From an uncultured Gaiellaceae bacterium (GTDB lineage Bacteria; Actinomycetota; Thermoleophilia; Gaiellales; Gaiellaceae): a DNA stretch of 64,000 nucleotides. A program made the position numbers and the translations under genes. The stretch is taken from positions 29,149 through 93,148 of the forward strand of contig CAWAOK010000002.1 of NCBI GenBank assembly GCA_963783705.1, in the 5' to 3' direction. Shown in pieces: positions 19,288 to 29,675 of this stretch. The stretch's first letter is position 1. Each line of letters starts with the position of its first letter. The notes below the pieces were generated by a model. The model made no database searches and had not been told where the DNA came from. It was given only the letters and a program-made list of their open reading frames with translations.

Positions 19288-19821
19288 GTGGTTCCCGAGG
19301 CCCCCCTCGAAGCAAGTGAGCACGGTCTGCGCCTGGCCGGCGACGGCTGGTTCGTCGTCAACGCGCGCGACCTGCGCTGGTTCGAGAGCGAGCTCGGTCT
19401 GTACACGATGCTCGACAGCGAGGAAGCGCGGTTCGAGCAGGTTGGCGTCAACATTGGGATCTTGCGACCGGGCGAGCCGAACTGCATGTACCACGGCGAG
19501 GAGGCCCAGGAGGACTTCCTCGTCCTTTCCGGTGAGTGCCTGCTGATCGTCGAAGGGCAGGAGCGGCACCTGAAGGCGTGGGACTTCGTGCACTGTCCGG
19601 CGTGGACGGAGCACGTCTTCGTCGGCGCTGGCGACGGGCCCTGCGTCGTGGTCGGCGTCGGGGCGCGCAAGAAGGGTCGCGGACTGCGCTATCCGGTCAA
19701 CGAGGTCGCCCTCCGCTACGGCGCGAGTGTCGAGGAGGAGACGTCGGATCCGAGCGTCGCGTACGCGCGTTTCTCCGAGGACAGGCCGATCACCTGTCCG
19801 CCGGAGTTCCCACCCACCTGA
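19288..19821 (+). CDS. Cupin domain protein
   Basis: GEPNCMYHGEEAQEDFLVLSGECLLIVEGQERHLKAWDFVHCPAWTEHVF, a cupin beta-barrel pattern. GTG start chosen just downstream of the divergent lipA start. Confidence 0.6.
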   Translation: MVPEAPLEASEHGLRLAGDGWFVVNARDLRWFESELGLYTMLDSEEARFEQVGVNIGILRPGEPNCMYHGEEAQEDFLVLSGECLLIVEGQERHLKAWDFVHCPAWTEHVFVGAGDGPCVVVGVGARKKGRGLRYPVNEVALRYGASVEEETSDPSVAYARFSEDRPITCPPEFPPT

Positions 19822-19822
19822 T

Positions 19823-20146
19823 TCAGTCGAAGTGCTCGACCATGAGCGCCGTCATGGTCGAGCCCTCGGTCCAGAGGCCGTGCGGGATGTCTCGCGGCCA
19901 GCGAACCTGCTGACCATCTCGCAGCTCGGCAGTCTCGCCGGCGACGGACGTGAACCCTTCGCCCTCGATGCAGACGACGATCGTGTCTCGCTCGCCGGGA
20001 TGCTCGGTGATGGCTGCGTGCTCGGAGAAGCAGAGTTGCGCCACGAAGAACTCCTCCTCGCGTACCAGCACGCGACCGACTATGCCCACGCTGTCGGGCA
20101 GCGGATCCCAGCCAGGTCGAGGGATCGGCCGGATGTCGACGGTCAT
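19823..20146 (-). CDS. Small cupin domain protein
   Basis: 107 aa from MTVDIRPIPRPGW, containing HPGERDTIVVCIEGEGF...RWPRDIPHGLW. ATGA overlap with the lipB stop. Confidence 0.6.
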   Translation of the reverse strand: MTVDIRPIPRPGWDPLPDSVGIVGRVLVREEEFFVAQLCFSEHAAITEHPGERDTIVVCIEGEGFTSVAGETAELRDGQQVRWPRDIPHGLWTEGSTMTALMVEHFD

Positions 20147-20868
20147 CGTCCGGCGAGCGAGGCGTGGATCGACTGGCGCCAGAGACCGGCGCCGTCGTCG
20201 GCGGGGAGCTCGTCGAGCTGGAGGTCGAATACGTCGGCGACCGCCGCGATCGCAGCCGGCCGCACGTCGTCGACCGTGACCGGGCGCTCGAGCTCTCGCG
20301 CCATCGTCGTGAACTGTGCGTCTTCGAGGCCGCACGCGGTGATCCACTCGGTGAACGGGGCCGGGTCGAGGTCGACGTTGAGCGCGTACCCGTGCGTCGT
20401 CACCCAGCGCGAGACGTGGACGCCGATGGAGGCAATCTTCCTGGGTCCTTGGCCTCCGGAGGGTGGCATCCAGACCCCGGTCAGGCCCTCGTAGCGCGTC
20501 GCGTCGAGGTCGAACGTAGCGAGCGTCCGGATGAGCGCTTCCTCGAGGTCGCGAACGTAGCGCTTCACGTCCTTGCCATGCTTCGTGAGGTCGAGGATCG
20601 GGTAGCAGACGAGCTGTCCCGGCCCGTGAAACGTCGACTTTCCACCGCGGTCGGTCTCCGCGACCTCGACAGCCGCGTCCGCTGGGATGTGCAGCTCGAC
20701 GTCGGTCTCGGTGCGCCGGCCGATTGTGACGACGGGTGGATGTTCGAGGAAGATGACGGTCTCCGGCACGGCACCCTGTGACACAGCTCCCGCAAGCGAG
20801 CGCTGGAGCGCGAACGCCTCGCCGTACGGCACGAGGCCGAGGTTCATCAGGTACGCGCCGCGCGCCAC
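20143..20868 (-). CDS. lipB: Octanoyltransferase (lipoate-protein ligase B)
   Basis: LGLVPYGEAFALQRSL...VIFLEHPPVVTIGRR...TDRGGKSTFHGPGQLVCYPILDL...KIASIGVHVSRWVTTHGYALNV. Start is either GTG at 20868 or ATG at 20847. Confidence 0.85.
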   Translation of the reverse strand: MARGAYLMNLGLVPYGEAFALQRSLAGAVSQGAVPETVIFLEHPPVVTIGRRTETDVELHIPADAAVEVAETDRGGKSTFHGPGQLVCYPILDLTKHGKDVKRYVRDLEEALIRTLATFDLDATRYEGLTGVWMPPSGGQGPRKIASIGVHVSRWVTTHGYALNVDLDPAPFTEWITACGLEDAQFTTMARELERPVTVDDVRPAAIAAVADVFDLQLDELPADDGAGLWRQSIHASLAGR

Positions 20869-20878
20869 CCGAAGAAGG

Positions 20879-21097
20879 CTAGTCGGACTCGACGAGCTCG
20901 CGCGCTGCCTCGAGATCGCCTTCGTGGACGAGAATCTCGCGCGGTCCGACTCCCGACGGCATGCCATCCAACGCGGCCGCTCCGAAGTTGGTGTACCGCT
21001 GCATCGACTGGATCCCTGCCGTCAAGAGCAGCGACCGAACCATCTCCGCCTCCAGCTCGTTCGCCACGACCATGAGCCGGACGAGGTCCTCGGCCAC
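20879..21097 (-). CDS. Small DUF2007-like protein (putative signal-transduction fold)
   Basis: 72 aa: VAEDLVRLMVVANELEAEMVRSLLLTAGIQSMQRYTNFGAAALDGMPSGVGPREILVHEGDLEAARELVESD. Family call is from overall pattern only. Confidence 0.45.
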   Translation of the reverse strand: MAEDLVRLMVVANELEAEMVRSLLLTAGIQSMQRYTNFGAAALDGMPSGVGPREILVHEGDLEAARELVESD

Positions 21098-21099
21098 GG

Positions 21100-21507
21100 T
21101 CAGGTAGCTCGGATCTCGTACCGCGGCAGTCCGTCCTCCGGGAGGATCTCCCAGGCAGCGACGGAGCGGACGAAGGTGTGCGCCTCCGGCTTGCGGTCGT
21201 AGTCGAGACCGAATGCGCTCAGCCGTACGCTCGACTCCTCGGACTCCGGCCAGCCTCCGCCGAAGAGGTTCGCTCCGCACACCGAGCAGAACGTCTTCGC
21301 GGATCCACCCTCAGGGGTGTACGACGTCAGCAGCTCTTCGCCCTCGAGGACGTCGATCGCATCCGTTCGCGCTCGCCCGCTCACGGTTCCGTACCCGCCG
21401 GCGATCCGCTTGCAGAACTGGCAGTGGCACTGCGAGACCCTGCTGAACGGCGCGGTCACCTCGAAGCGAACACCCCCGCAGAGGCACGTGCCCTGGAGCG
21501 CGCTCAA
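21100..21507 (-). CDS. GFA/CENP-V family (glutathione-dependent formaldehyde-activating-like) zinc protein
   Basis: CLCGGVRFEV...CHCQFCKR...FCSVCGANLF cysteine pattern. TTG start overlaps the E2 stop. Confidence 0.7.
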   Translation of the reverse strand: MSALQGTCLCGGVRFEVTAPFSRVSQCHCQFCKRIAGGYGTVSGRARTDAIDVLEGEELLTSYTPEGGSAKTFCSVCGANLFGGGWPESEESSVRLSAFGLDYDRKPEAHTFVRSVAAWEILPEDGLPRYEIRAT

Positions 21508-23018
21508 TACCCCGCCTCGTCCCAGCTTTCGAGCCGATCTCGGATGTCGCGCAGGCACATCCCGGCGTAGGCACCGTCGACGAGCCGGTGGTCGTACGTG
21601 AGCGTGAGGTTCATCACCGGTCGGATCGCGATGACATCGGAGCCCAGATCGTCCTGGATCACCCACGGCCGCTTGACGAGCGCGTACGTGCCGAGGATCG
21701 CCGACTGCGGCTGGTTGATGATCGGGGTTCCGTGGAACGTCCCGAAGCTGCCGGGATTCGTGATCGTGAACGTTCCTCCCTGGACGTCGTCGGGCAGGAG
21801 CTTCTTCGTACGCGCGCGTTCGGCGATGTCCTGGATGGCGCGGGCAGTGCCGGTGAGGTTGAGGTCCTGCGCGTTGCGGATCACCGGGACGATGAGCCCC
21901 TTCCCCTCGTCGAGCGCGACCGCTATCCCGAGGTTGACGTTCGGCCGCGTGACGATGCTCTGCCCGCGCAGCTCGCCGTTCACCCACGGGTAGTCCAGGA
22001 GCGTGTCGACCGTCGCTCTCGCGATGAATGCGAGGTACGTGAGGTTGACCTTCTGCGCGGCGAGCTCGGGCTTGAGCTTCGCCCGGAGTGCGACGACGCG
22101 CGCCATGTCGACTTCGATCGCGCTCGTCACGTGCGCGGCGGTGTCGACCGAGCGACGCATGTGTGCCATCACGCCGCGGCGCATCGCGGACATCGGTTCG
22201 AGCTCCTCGCCCGGAGCGAGCTCTGCCTGGGCTGCAACGGGTTCGGCCGCCGGAGTCGGCGCGGTAGGAGCGGGAGGCGCGGGTGGTTCAGGAGCTGCAG
22301 CGGGCGCCGCGGCGACCGGGGCGGGCTCCGGCTCGGGAGCTGCGGGTGGCAGAGCTGTCGGTGCGGGCTCGGCGACCGCGACCGGCTCCGGTGCCGGAGG
22401 CGGCGCGACCTCGACCGGCGGAGCGGGTGCCGGTGCGGGTGGAGGTGCGGCTGCCGCGCCCGACTCGATGAACGTCAAGATGTCCTTCTTCGTCACCCGG
22501 CCGCCCGTACCCGTGCCGGGCACCGTGGACGGATCGACGCCGTGCTCTGCGGCGATACGGGCGACCACCGGCGATACGAACGTCCTGCCGTTCTCCGCGG
22601 CAGCAGGCGCCACGGGGGCTGCGGCCGGAGCGGGCGCCGCCTCGGCCTGCACAGGCTCAGGGGCGGGTGCCGGCGTCATGGCCGCGACCGGCTCGGGCTC
22701 GGCCGGAACGGCGGCGGGAGCGGGCTCGGGTGCGGCAGGCGTTGGCTCGGAAGGAGCGACCTCGGCCCCTGCCGGGGCGATGATCGCGAGCACGGTTCCG
22801 ACCTCGACGGTCTCGCCTTCCTGCACCAGGATCTGCGAGACGACGCCGTCGGCCGAGCTCGGCACCTCGGTGTCGACCTTGTCCGTCGAGATCTCGAGGA
22901 GCGGCTCGTCGCGCTGGATCGAGTCGCCCACCTGCTTGAGCCACTTCGTGATCGTTCCCTCGGAGACCGAGACGCCCATCTGGGGCATCACGACCTCAGT
23001 CTGCGTTCCGGTGCTCAC
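21504..23018 (-). CDS. Dihydrolipoamide acyltransferase (E2) of a 2-oxoacid dehydrogenase complex
   Basis: Lipoyl domain (EISTDKVDTEVPS), long Ala/Pro linkers, E3/E1-binding domain (VSPVVARIAAEHGVD), catalytic domain (LTYDHRLVDGA). GTG at 23016-23018 preceded by GAGGAGG. The longer track ORF runs into REP copy 3. Confidence 0.9.
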   Translation of the reverse strand: MSTGTQTEVVMPQMGVSVSEGTITKWLKQVGDSIQRDEPLLEISTDKVDTEVPSSADGVVSQILVQEGETVEVGTVLAIIAPAGAEVAPSEPTPAAPEPAPAAVPAEPEPVAAMTPAPAPEPVQAEAAPAPAAAPVAPAAAENGRTFVSPVVARIAAEHGVDPSTVPGTGTGGRVTKKDILTFIESGAAAAPPPAPAPAPPVEVAPPPAPEPVAVAEPAPTALPPAAPEPEPAPVAAAPAAAPEPPAPPAPTAPTPAAEPVAAQAELAPGEELEPMSAMRRGVMAHMRRSVDTAAHVTSAIEVDMARVVALRAKLKPELAAQKVNLTYLAFIARATVDTLLDYPWVNGELRGQSIVTRPNVNLGIAVALDEGKGLIVPVIRNAQDLNLTGTARAIQDIAERARTKKLLPDDVQGGTFTITNPGSFGTFHGTPIINQPQSAILGTYALVKRPWVIQDDLGSDVIAIRPVMNLTLTYDHRLVDGAYAGMCLRDIRDRLESWDEAGY

Positions 23019-23030
23019 ATTGCCTCCTCT

Positions 23031-23058
23031 GTAGGGGCGAGACATCTCTCGCCCCTAC
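23031..23058. repeat. REP-like hairpin family P1, copy 3
   Basis: GTAGGGGCGAGA-CATC-TCTCGCCCCTAC, between the E1beta stop (23063) and the E2 start (23018). Confidence 0.85.
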
Positions 23059-23062
23059 GACG

Positions 23063-24037
23063 TCAATATTCGGCCAGCTGTCGTAGGGCTGTCACGACGT
23101 CATCGACTTGGGGGATGAAGGCCTTCTCGAGCGGGGGCGAGAACGGCACGGGTGTGTCGGGCGCCGCGAGCCGCATGACCGGGGCGTCGAGATGCTCGAA
23201 CGCCTCCTCCGCGATCGTCGCTGCGATCTCCGCGCCGAAGCCGCCCGTCCGCGTGTCCTCGTGCAGCACGAGAACCTTCGAGCAGCGCCGCACGCCCTCG
23301 AGGACGCGCTCCTTGTCCCACGGAATCAAGGTGCGGAGGTCCAGGACCTCGACCTCGAACCCTTCCTTCGCGAGCTCCGCGGCCGCGTCGTTCGCGGTGT
23401 GGACCATCGCACCCCAGGTGATCACCGTTGCATCGTCGCCGGGCCGGTGGACGTTGGCAGAGCCGAAGGGGACGGTATAGCGATCCTCCGGCACGTCGCC
23501 TTTGATTCGGCGATAGAGGTGCTTGTGCTCGAAGAAGAGCACCGGGTTGGGATCCTCGATCGCGCTCGCGAGCAGGCCCTTTGCGTCGTGCGGTGTCGCC
23601 GGGCACACGATCTTGAGCCCCGGGATGTGCGCGAACGAGCTCTCGGGATTCTGCGAGTGGAACGGGCCGCCCGAGAAGCCGCCTCCGGAGGGAAGCCTGA
23701 CGACGATGGGGATCGGCGTGCCGACGCGGAAGAACTGCTTCGCCGCGACGGTGACGAGCTGATCCCACGCGCACGAGATGAAGTCCGCGAACTGCATCTC
23801 CGCGACGGGCCGCATTCCCATGAGCGCAGCGCCGGTCGCGCCGCCGACGATCGCGGTCTCGGACAGCGGCGTGTCGATCACGCGCCACGGCCCGAACTCC
23901 TCCTGGAACCCGAGCGACACCTTGAACGCACCGCCGTAGACACCGACGTCCTCGCCGAGCAGGATCACTCTCTGGTCGCGCCGCATCTCGAGACGCAGCC
24001 CGTCCGAGATCGCCTGGATGTATGTCATCTCTGGCAT
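23063..24037 (-). CDS. 2-oxoacid dehydrogenase E1 component, beta subunit
   Basis: MPEMTYIQAISDGLRLEMRRDQRVILLGEDVGVYGGAFKVSLGFQEEFGPWRVIDTPLSE, 324 aa from the internal ATG. TAATG junction with E1alpha. Confidence 0.95.
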   Translation of the reverse strand: MPEMTYIQAISDGLRLEMRRDQRVILLGEDVGVYGGAFKVSLGFQEEFGPWRVIDTPLSETAIVGGATGAALMGMRPVAEMQFADFISCAWDQLVTVAAKQFFRVGTPIPIVVRLPSGGGFSGGPFHSQNPESSFAHIPGLKIVCPATPHDAKGLLASAIEDPNPVLFFEHKHLYRRIKGDVPEDRYTVPFGSANVHRPGDDATVITWGAMVHTANDAAAELAKEGFEVEVLDLRTLIPWDKERVLEGVRRCSKVLVLHEDTRTGGFGAEIAATIAEEAFEHLDAPVMRLAAPDTPVPFSPPLEKAFIPQVDDVVTALRQLAEY

Positions 24038-25080
24038 TACTTGTGATGCGGCGTGTCGAGGTCCTCGGGAGAGGCGTAGACGCCTTCCTCGAGCTTGGTC
24101 GGGTCGGGCAGGGGCGACTCCTCTGCGCGGTCGAGCGCTTCGTTGAGCAGCCGCTTCACCATCGCCGTGAGCTCGCCCTCCTCGTCGTCGGTCATGTCCG
24201 CGTTGGTCTGGAGCCACGAGCGGAAGCGCTCGATCGGGTCGTATGCCGCCCACTTCTCGAACATCTCCTTCGGGACGTAGAACGCGTCGTCGTGCACTGC
24301 GTGGCCCTCCATGCGCAGGGTGACGCACTCGAGCAGCGTCGGGCCACCGCCCTCGCGTGCGCGTTCGATCGCGCGTTTCGCTTCCCGATAGACCGCGAGC
24401 ACGTCGGTTCCGTCGACGACGACGCCCTCGAACCCGTACGCGGCCGCGCGGTCGGCGATGTGCTCGACCGGATACGAGAGGTAGGTCGGCGTCGAGTACG
24501 CCCACTGGTTGTTGTCGCACACGAAGAGCATGGGCAGCTGCCGAACGCCGGCAAGGTTCATCGCCTCGTGGGCGTCACCGCGCGCCGCCGAGCCGTCACC
24601 GAACCAGCCGAGCGCGACCCGTTTCTCGCCGCGGATCTTGAACGCGAGCGCCATCCCCGTCGCGACGGGGAGCATCGCGGGGAGATGCGATACCTGCGCG
24701 TGCAGACCGAGCTGTGCCACGGCCATGTGCACGTTGCCGTCGCGTCCTCGCGTCGGCCCTCCTTCGCGTCCCATGTACTGCGCGAAGACCCGCCAGGGCT
24801 CGATGCCACGAGCCACGTGTACCCCCATGTCGCGGTGCAACGGGGTTCCGACGTCGTTGGGCCCCATCGCCGTCGCCACGCCAACCGCGGCACCCTCGTT
24901 CCCCCGCCCGGTGTAGAAGGAGCCCGGAACCTTGCCCTGCTTGTAGAGGATGTGGCCACGCTCCTCGATCCCGCGCGTGATGAGCATGTAGCGGTAGATG
25001 CCGAGGAGATCCTCGCGATCGAGCCCTACCTCCTTCACCTCCTGGAGCGAGCCCACGGGCTCGGCTTCACGTACGGCCAT
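24037..25080 (-). CDS. 2-oxoacid dehydrogenase E1 component, alpha subunit (ThDP-dependent)
   Basis: GDGSAARGDAHEAMNLAGVRQLPMLFVCDNNQWA ThDP-binding motif, 347 aa. Substrate (pyruvate, branched-chain or acetoin) cannot be decided from sequence alone. Confidence 0.95.
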   Translation of the reverse strand: MAVREAEPVGSLQEVKEVGLDREDLLGIYRYMLITRGIEERGHILYKQGKVPGSFYTGRGNEGAAVGVATAMGPNDVGTPLHRDMGVHVARGIEPWRVFAQYMGREGGPTRGRDGNVHMAVAQLGLHAQVSHLPAMLPVATGMALAFKIRGEKRVALGWFGDGSAARGDAHEAMNLAGVRQLPMLFVCDNNQWAYSTPTYLSYPVEHIADRAAAYGFEGVVVDGTDVLAVYREAKRAIERAREGGGPTLLECVTLRMEGHAVHDDAFYVPKEMFEKWAAYDPIERFRSWLQTNADMTDDEEGELTAMVKRLLNEALDRAEESPLPDPTKLEEGVYASPEDLDTPHHK

Positions 25081-25147
25081 GCAGTCGTCTCCCGTCCTCC
25101 GCTGGGTACCGGGACTCTAACGAATAGGTCTGCTGCTCCACCGACGC

Positions 25148-25175
25148 GTAGGGGCGAGATATATCTCGCCCCTAC
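25148..25175. repeat. REP-like hairpin family P1, copy 4
   Basis: GTAGGGGCGAGA-TATA-TCTCGCCCCTAC, identical to copy 2. The ATG at 25177 follows after one base. Confidence 0.85.
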
Positions 25176-25176
25176 G

Positions 25177-25467
25177 ATGTGGGCGATGGCTGCAGGCAAA
25201 CGCAACTGGATCCAGGAAGAGCGCCGGAAGACGCTCGGCGACTGGGTCGCGTTCTGCCTTACCTGTGGTCACACGCTGCGCTACTTCCTCGATGACGAGA
25301 ACGAGCTTCCCGCTGCGTGTCCCCAGTGCACGGGCGAGCTGCGCCACCGCTGCCCGAGCTGCTCGGCTCCGATCCCGTCTGCATTCGCGGTCGCGTGCGA
25401 GGAATGCGGCGCGTCGATCCGCGACGCCGAGCTCTTCGGTACGGCGATTCGCCGTCCCGGGAAGTGA
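25177..25467 (+). CDS. Hypothetical double zinc-ribbon protein (96 aa, four CxxC pairs)
   Basis: MWAMAAGKRNWIQEERRKTLGDWVAFCLTCGHTLRYFLDDENELPAACPQCTGELRHRCPSCSAPIPSAFAVACEECGASIRD. GC-rich third positions. It is the last 96 codons of track ORF 24022..25467. Confidence 0.55.
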   Translation: MWAMAAGKRNWIQEERRKTLGDWVAFCLTCGHTLRYFLDDENELPAACPQCTGELRHRCPSCSAPIPSAFAVACEECGASIRDAELFGTAIRRPGK

Positions 25468-25468
25468 G

Positions 25469-25504
25469 CGCCGAGGGCGCATGAGATCTCGCTCGCCCTC
25501 GGCG
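25469..25504. terminator. Hairpin between convergent genes
   Basis: CGCCGAGGGCG - 14-nt loop containing GAGATCTC - CGCCCTCGGCG. No clear U-tract. Confidence 0.35.
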
Positions 25505-25546
25505 AGTTGCGGCCGTAGCAATCGTCGCCGGGATCGTGTGGTGGCT

Positions 25547-25900
25547 CTACTGAACGATCTGCGAGAAGCGGATGAGTGTGACGATCTCGTCCTCGTCCAC
25601 CTCGCGGTTGTAGAGCTGGCTCAGGAACCAGACCATCTCGTCGGTGCGGCGGATCTGCGGGTTGTCGTGCTCGATCTCACGCGGTGAGAGATCGCGCAGA
25701 GCCTTCACCTCGACCTTGTCGATAACGGCGTCGAAGATGCGCTCGCGCTGGCCGTACCGCGCACCGCAGAGAACGGTCACGATCATCCCCTTGCGGTACT
25801 TCGCAGCCTTGTCGCCCAGGCGGATCGTCGCGGTCTTGCGGCCGGTGCGGAGCTGCTCGGCGACGGCGGGGTTGTAGAAGTTCAGTGCGAACGTCGGCAT
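25547..25900 (-). CDS. ASCH domain protein
   Basis: 117 aa from MPTFALNFYNPAVAEQLRTGRKTATIRLGDKAAKYRKGMIVTVL, the beta-barrel pattern of ASCH/PUA-like proteins. Confidence 0.65.
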   Translation of the reverse strand: MPTFALNFYNPAVAEQLRTGRKTATIRLGDKAAKYRKGMIVTVLCGARYGQRERIFDAVIDKVEVKALRDLSPREIEHDNPQIRRTDEMVWFLSQLYNREVDEDEIVTLIRFSQIVQ

Positions 25901-25914
25901 CGGCGGCGCGGCAA

Positions 25915-26382
25915 CTATAGAGGGTCGGCCAAGAGCCTCTCGGCTGCCCTGACTGCCATGTCGCGCTCGCCGCGGTAGGCGAGCAGCGTCGCGCCGTCGT
26001 CGAGCGGGAACCAGCGCGCCTCGGCGACCTCGATCTCCATCCCCGGCGGGAGCGCTCCTGCGCGACCGCGACACGCGCGGGCCAGGAAGAAGCTGACGAC
26101 CTTGAAGACGCGCTCGCCCTCCCACGTGTAGACGTAGCGCACGTCACCGAGCTTCGAGACCGGGCGGCTTTCGACGCCTGTCTCCTCGAACCCCTCGCGC
26201 AGCGCAGCCTGGACCGGCGTCTCGCCGGCATCGACGAGGCCTTTCGGCAGCGCCCAGATGCCCTCGCGCTTGCCCTGCGGGCGCACGGCCACGAACCACC
26301 AGCGACCGCGCATCCTCCGCACGATGACGACTCCGGCGCTGAACTCGCGACGCATGCCACTTTGTAACAGCGTTTCACCCAT
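25915..26382 (-). CDS. NUDIX hydrolase
   Basis: Nudix box GLVDAGETPVQAALREGFEETGV. Confidence 0.85.
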   Translation of the reverse strand: MGETLLQSGMRREFSAGVVIVRRMRGRWWFVAVRPQGKREGIWALPKGLVDAGETPVQAALREGFEETGVESRPVSKLGDVRYVYTWEGERVFKVVSFFLARACRGRAGALPPGMEIEVAEARWFPLDDGATLLAYRGERDMAVRAAERLLADPL

Positions 26383-26451
26383 GTGTCACGAGATCTGAGC
26401 GTGAGGGACTCAATTTGGCTTTGCGCAACGCGACGGGGGTGCTATGGTGGG

Positions 26452-26480
26452 GCTGGCACTCTCAGTGTGTGAGTGCCAGC
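26452..26480. promoter_or_regulatory. CIRCE operator (HrcA binding site) upstream of groES
   Basis: GCTGGCACTC-N9-GAGTGCCAGC matches the CIRCE architecture TTAGCACTC-N9-GAGTGCTAA. It lies 36 nt upstream of the groES ATG. Confidence 0.85.
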
Positions 26481-26515
26481 TTTGTCACAAACTCCGTATC
26501 GAGGAGGACAGTCGA

Positions 26516-26851
26516 ATGGATTTGCAGCCTCTGGGTGATCGCTTGATCGTGGAGGTCCTCGACGAGGACGAGATCACGGTGAGCGGCATCGTGCTGCCCG
26601 ACACGGCGAAGGAGAAGCCGCAGCGCGGCAACGTCCTGGCCGTTGGACCCGGCTCGCGCGACGAGGACGGGGAGTACATCAAGATGGACGTCGAGGTTGG
26701 CGACGAGGTGATCTTCTCCAAGTACGGCGGGACGGAGATCAAGGTTGGTGCCGACGACGTTCTCATCCTGCGCGAGTCGGACGTTCTCGCGAAGGTCGTA
26801 ACCACAGGCAGCAAGGGCAAGAAGAAGCAGCTTGCCGGCGCGGCCGCCTAG
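26516..26851 (+). CDS. groES: Co-chaperonin GroES (with an unusual Lys-rich C-terminal tail)
   Basis: MDLQPLGDRLIVEVLDEDEITVSGIVLPDTAKEKPQRGNVLAVGPG..., GAGGAGG RBS. A tail of about 17 aa (VVTTGSKGKKKQLAGAAA) extends beyond the usual end. Confidence 0.95.
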   Translation: MDLQPLGDRLIVEVLDEDEITVSGIVLPDTAKEKPQRGNVLAVGPGSRDEDGEYIKMDVEVGDEVIFSKYGGTEIKVGADDVLILRESDVLAKVVTTGSKGKKKQLAGAAA

Positions 26852-26874
26852 CTCGTTTCAGGAGGAGTAGATAA

Positions 26875-28503
<1,629 letters not shown>

Positions 28504-28519
28504 AACGCGCTTCGCGCTT

Positions 28520-28918
28520 CGTGGGGGGAAACGATGTTTCCCCCACGAGCCCCCCTTCCTTTCCGCTTGCACTGATCAGCCGCACCTGGCCTCCCGGGCA
28601 AGCAAGTTGCCCTCCGGCCCTCGGACTGGGTGACCACTTAACGGAGGGCTACACTGGGAGTCCCTTCCCTGATCCACTGCGTAAGGGCCGGCTCACGCCG
28701 GCCCTTCGCATTTCGCGTCGCGCGATCAGACGGCGGTCGCATTCAGCCAGACGAGCGGCTCGTCCAATCAAGCGAGGGAGAGCATCGCCTTCACCCCATC
28801 AGTCAGGCAGGTTCAGGGCCGGAGGGCGACTTGCTCGCCCGGGAGGCCAAGTGCCGTTTGCCAGTAGCTGCGTGCGGAAGGGGGGCTGACGGGGGGAAAC
28901 ATCGTTTCCCCCCGCGCA
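28520..28918. repeat. Large imperfect foldback: arms of about 108 bp around a core of about 185 bp, each arm starting with a G6A3C/GT3C6 hairpin (family P2)
   Basis: Left arm 28520-28628 versus the reverse complement of 28812-28918. They share GGGGGGAAACGATGTTTCCCCC, AGCCCCCCTTCC, and 33 of 36 nt of TGGCCTCCCGGGC(A/G)AGCAAGT(T/C)GCCCTCCGGCCCT. The core holds further hairpins such as AAGGGCCGGC-TCAC-GCCGGCCCTT. Confidence 0.6.
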
Positions 28919-29042
28919 CAAAAGAAGAGTGGCCGCTGGGACGGCCACTCGAGGGGGGAAGAACTGGGGAGGATTGGGTACCCAGGTTGTCGTCGATCTG
29001 CCCTGGCCGATCCTCCCCCTTTTGGGGGGAATCGCGGATCTC

Positions 29043-29648
29043 TCAGAATCCGTAGCGCTCCTCTGCGAACGGGTCGGCGTCGTTGTGGTAGCCGTAGCGC
29101 TCCCAGAAACCCGGACGATCCGCCGACGTCAGCTCGATACCGCGGAGCCATTTCGCGCTCTTCCAGAAGTACTTGCCCGGGATCACGAGGCGCAGCGGCC
29201 CGCCGTGCTCGGGCGTGAGTGCCTCGCCGTCGGCGTGCGTGGCGATCAGCGACAGCGGATCGCGGAGAAACGCGATGGGCACGTTGGCCGTGTAGCCCTC
29301 CTCGGCGTGCGCGACGACGTGGTGCGCCGACTGCAGTGGCTTCACGAGTGGCTCGATGGCGCTCCAGTGGATGCCCTCGAACGAGACGTCGAAGCGGCTC
29401 CAGCGCGTCACGCAGTGGATGTCCTGCGTGTGCGTCGTGCGCGGGAGCGCGTTGAGCTCGTCCCACGAGAGTCGCAGCGGATTCTCGACCTGGCCCTCGA
29501 TGAAGAAGTCCCAGGTTGCGAGATCGATCGTCGGGATCGACCCGGCATGCAGTACCGGCCACTTCTCGGTGAGGTACTGGCCCGGCGGGAGCCGCGCCGG
29601 GTCGTAGCCCGCGTCGATGACCTTCCGCTCGGCTCTGCCCCGAAACAC
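29043..29648 (-). CDS. Sulfite-oxidase-like molybdopterin-binding oxidoreductase (short, about 200 aa)
   Basis: PARLPPGQYLTEKWPVLHAGSIPTIDLATWDFFIEGQVENPLRLSWDEL...DIHCVTRWSRFD...GGPLRLVIPGKYFWKSAKWLRGIEL. GTG at 29648 was chosen because the longer track ORF reads through repeat P3-A. Confidence 0.8.
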   Translation of the reverse strand: MFRGRAERKVIDAGYDPARLPPGQYLTEKWPVLHAGSIPTIDLATWDFFIEGQVENPLRLSWDELNALPRTTHTQDIHCVTRWSRFDVSFEGIHWSAIEPLVKPLQSAHHVVAHAEEGYTANVPIAFLRDPLSLIATHADGEALTPEHGGPLRLVIPGKYFWKSAKWLRGIELTSADRPGFWERYGYHNDADPFAEERYGF

Positions 29649-29675
29649 TGCTGCAACACTATTGGTAGTGCGCAA

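Noticed and set aside
28521-28889. 122-aa ORF inside the post-groEL foldback
   Set aside because: It spans both arms of an inverted repeat and is Arg/Pro/Ser-rich, with no RBS. The region is better explained as structured non-coding DNA or RNA.
28504-29042. Possibility that this region encodes RNase P RNA, tmRNA, SRP RNA or 6S RNA
   Set aside because: On both strands I looked for the motifs I remember for these RNAs and found none of them. These were GGAAAGTCCGG-type P4 sequences, a tRNA-like GGGGCTGA...TCCACCA frame about 350 nt apart, and the GGAAGCAGCC SRP motif. The architecture does not fit 6S. This was an eye check only and needs Infernal.
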